From the NCBI GenBank assembly GCA_963422765.1, contig OY730490.1:2453211-2517210 (forward strand): DNA of 64,000 bases, in the 5' to 3' direction. The position numbers and the translations under genes are program-made. Position 1 is the stretch's first letter. Each line of letters opens with the position of its first letter. Below, piece after piece: positions 63,299 through 64,000 of the stretch. The notes beneath the pieces are model-generated. The model did no database searches. It saw only the letters and a program-made list of their open reading frames with translations, and was not told the origin of the DNA. The stretch is from Dehalococcoidia bacterium. Lineage in GTDB: Bacteria > Chloroflexota > Dehalococcoidia > Lucifugimonadales > UBA3495.

Positions 63299-63367
63299 AT
63301 GGCGCAGGTTCGCCAACGGTTCACCCGCAACGCCCACCACACTTAGAACACCCCAGCCACTCCCGCA

Positions 63368-63395
63368 TTGACGCCCCGGTTTCCCAAGTTACAAT
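63368..63395 (+). promoter_or_regulatory. Putative promoter of the terminal hydrolase gene
   Basis: TTGACG (63368-63373), a 16-nt spacer, then TACAAT (63390-63395). The -10 overlaps a repeated ACAATTGCCTG box. Confidence 0.45.
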
Positions 63396-63452
63396 TGCCT
63401 GATACGCAGATACGGGAGACAAACGATACTAGGACAAGAAGGAGGAACTGCA

Positions 63453-64000
63453 ATGCCGCATTTCACCAAGGGTGATGTCACCATCCGGTATGAAGAGGCC
63501 GGGGCCGGTTTCCCGCTGCTGGCTACTCCCGGCGGAGGCTTGAATTCCAAGGTCGAAAACTGGCCCGGCCAGGTGTTCGACTCGATGGAAGTGTTCAAGG
63601 ACGACTTCCGGGTCATCACCATGGACCAGCGCAACGCCATCGGCGGAGAATCCACCGGCCCGGTGCAGGTCAACGACCCGTGGGGGGCCTTCGCCGACGA
63701 TCAGTTAGGGTTGATGGACCACTTGGGAATACAGGAGTTCCTTTTCATCGGCTACTGCATCGGCGGGCCTTTTGCGATGAAGCTCATAGAGCGGGCGCCG
63801 GAGCGGGTGATGGCCGCCGTGCTCTGCCAGCCGGTCGGTCACGCCTCGAAGACGCCGGACGCCATGTACGACATGGGCCGCGATTCCTGGGGGCCGGATC
63901 TAATGGCCCAGCAGCCTAACTTGACGATGGAGACCATCGAGCAGTACCTGCACAACCTTTACCGGGTACAGCCGAACTTCGTGTACAGCGTGTCACGAGA
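63453..64000 (+). CDS. Alpha/beta-hydrolase-fold protein, 3'-truncated by the window edge
   Basis: It is not in the ORF track because it has no stop. ATG at 63453 follows AAGGAGG. The frame is open to nt 64000 and reads MPHFTKGDVTIRYEEAGAGFPLL...FIGYCIGGPFAM (a nucleophile-elbow-like G-Y-C-I-G). Confidence 0.7.
   Translation, partial: MPHFTKGDVTIRYEEAGAGFPLLATPGGGLNSKVENWPGQVFDSMEVFKDDFRVITMDQRNAIGGESTGPVQVNDPWGAFADDQLGLMDHLGIQEFLFIGYCIGGPFAMKLIERAPERVMAAVLCQPVGHASKTPDAMYDMGRDSWGPDLMAQQPNLTMETIEQYLHNLYRVQPNFVYSVSR

Overview
This is a 64-kb, high-G+C bacterial chromosomal segment that is densely coding on both strands. The gene content and repeat style look Chloroflexota-like to me, but this window cannot establish taxonomy. 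Most of it is housekeeping: a sufB-sufC-sufD-sufS-sufU Fe-S operon (2.1-8.6 kb), pyrG, transaldolase, rho, hrcA, pdxS/pdxT, tmk, aroE-aroC, valS, a PolX polymerase, tRNA-Phe(GAA), tRNA-Gly(GCC), citrate synthase, and assorted oxidoreductases, hydrolases and methyltransferases. The unusual content falls into six groups. (1) Directly downstream of rho, five tandem near-identical cassettes (12.86-14.73 kb) encode coiled-coil microproteins of 83-123 aa. Their lengths differ only by insertion of 7- and 11-residue modules. They are followed by an inverted tail-anchored coiled-coil paralog, a giant Ig-like surface protein behind a repeat-bearing long leader, a membrane-anchored collagen-like protein, and a pair of paralogous small membrane proteins. 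(2) A SelW/Rdx-family gene carries an in-frame TGA (motif C-V-S-U) that the ORF track truncates. (3) A repeat-spacer-repeat with 36-nt repeats and a 30-nt spacer at 57.3 kb looks like an orphan mini-CRISPR. (4) Smaller accessory modules include a lower-G+C R-M-like island, a HepT/MNT pair with a degenerate MNT motif, two Uma2 paralogs, two DUF104-like genes inside the suf operon, and a retropepsin-like gene between pdxS and pdxT. (5) Perfect short tandem duplications are unusually dense, both right after stop codons and in frame inside genes. (6) A REP-like hairpin family (CCCTCTCC..GGAGAGGGTTAGGGTGAGG) recurs at gene boundaries. I saw no transposase, integrase, cas, reverse transcriptase or phage structural genes. 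Long ORFs antisense to clear genes are treated as GC-driven shadow ORFs.
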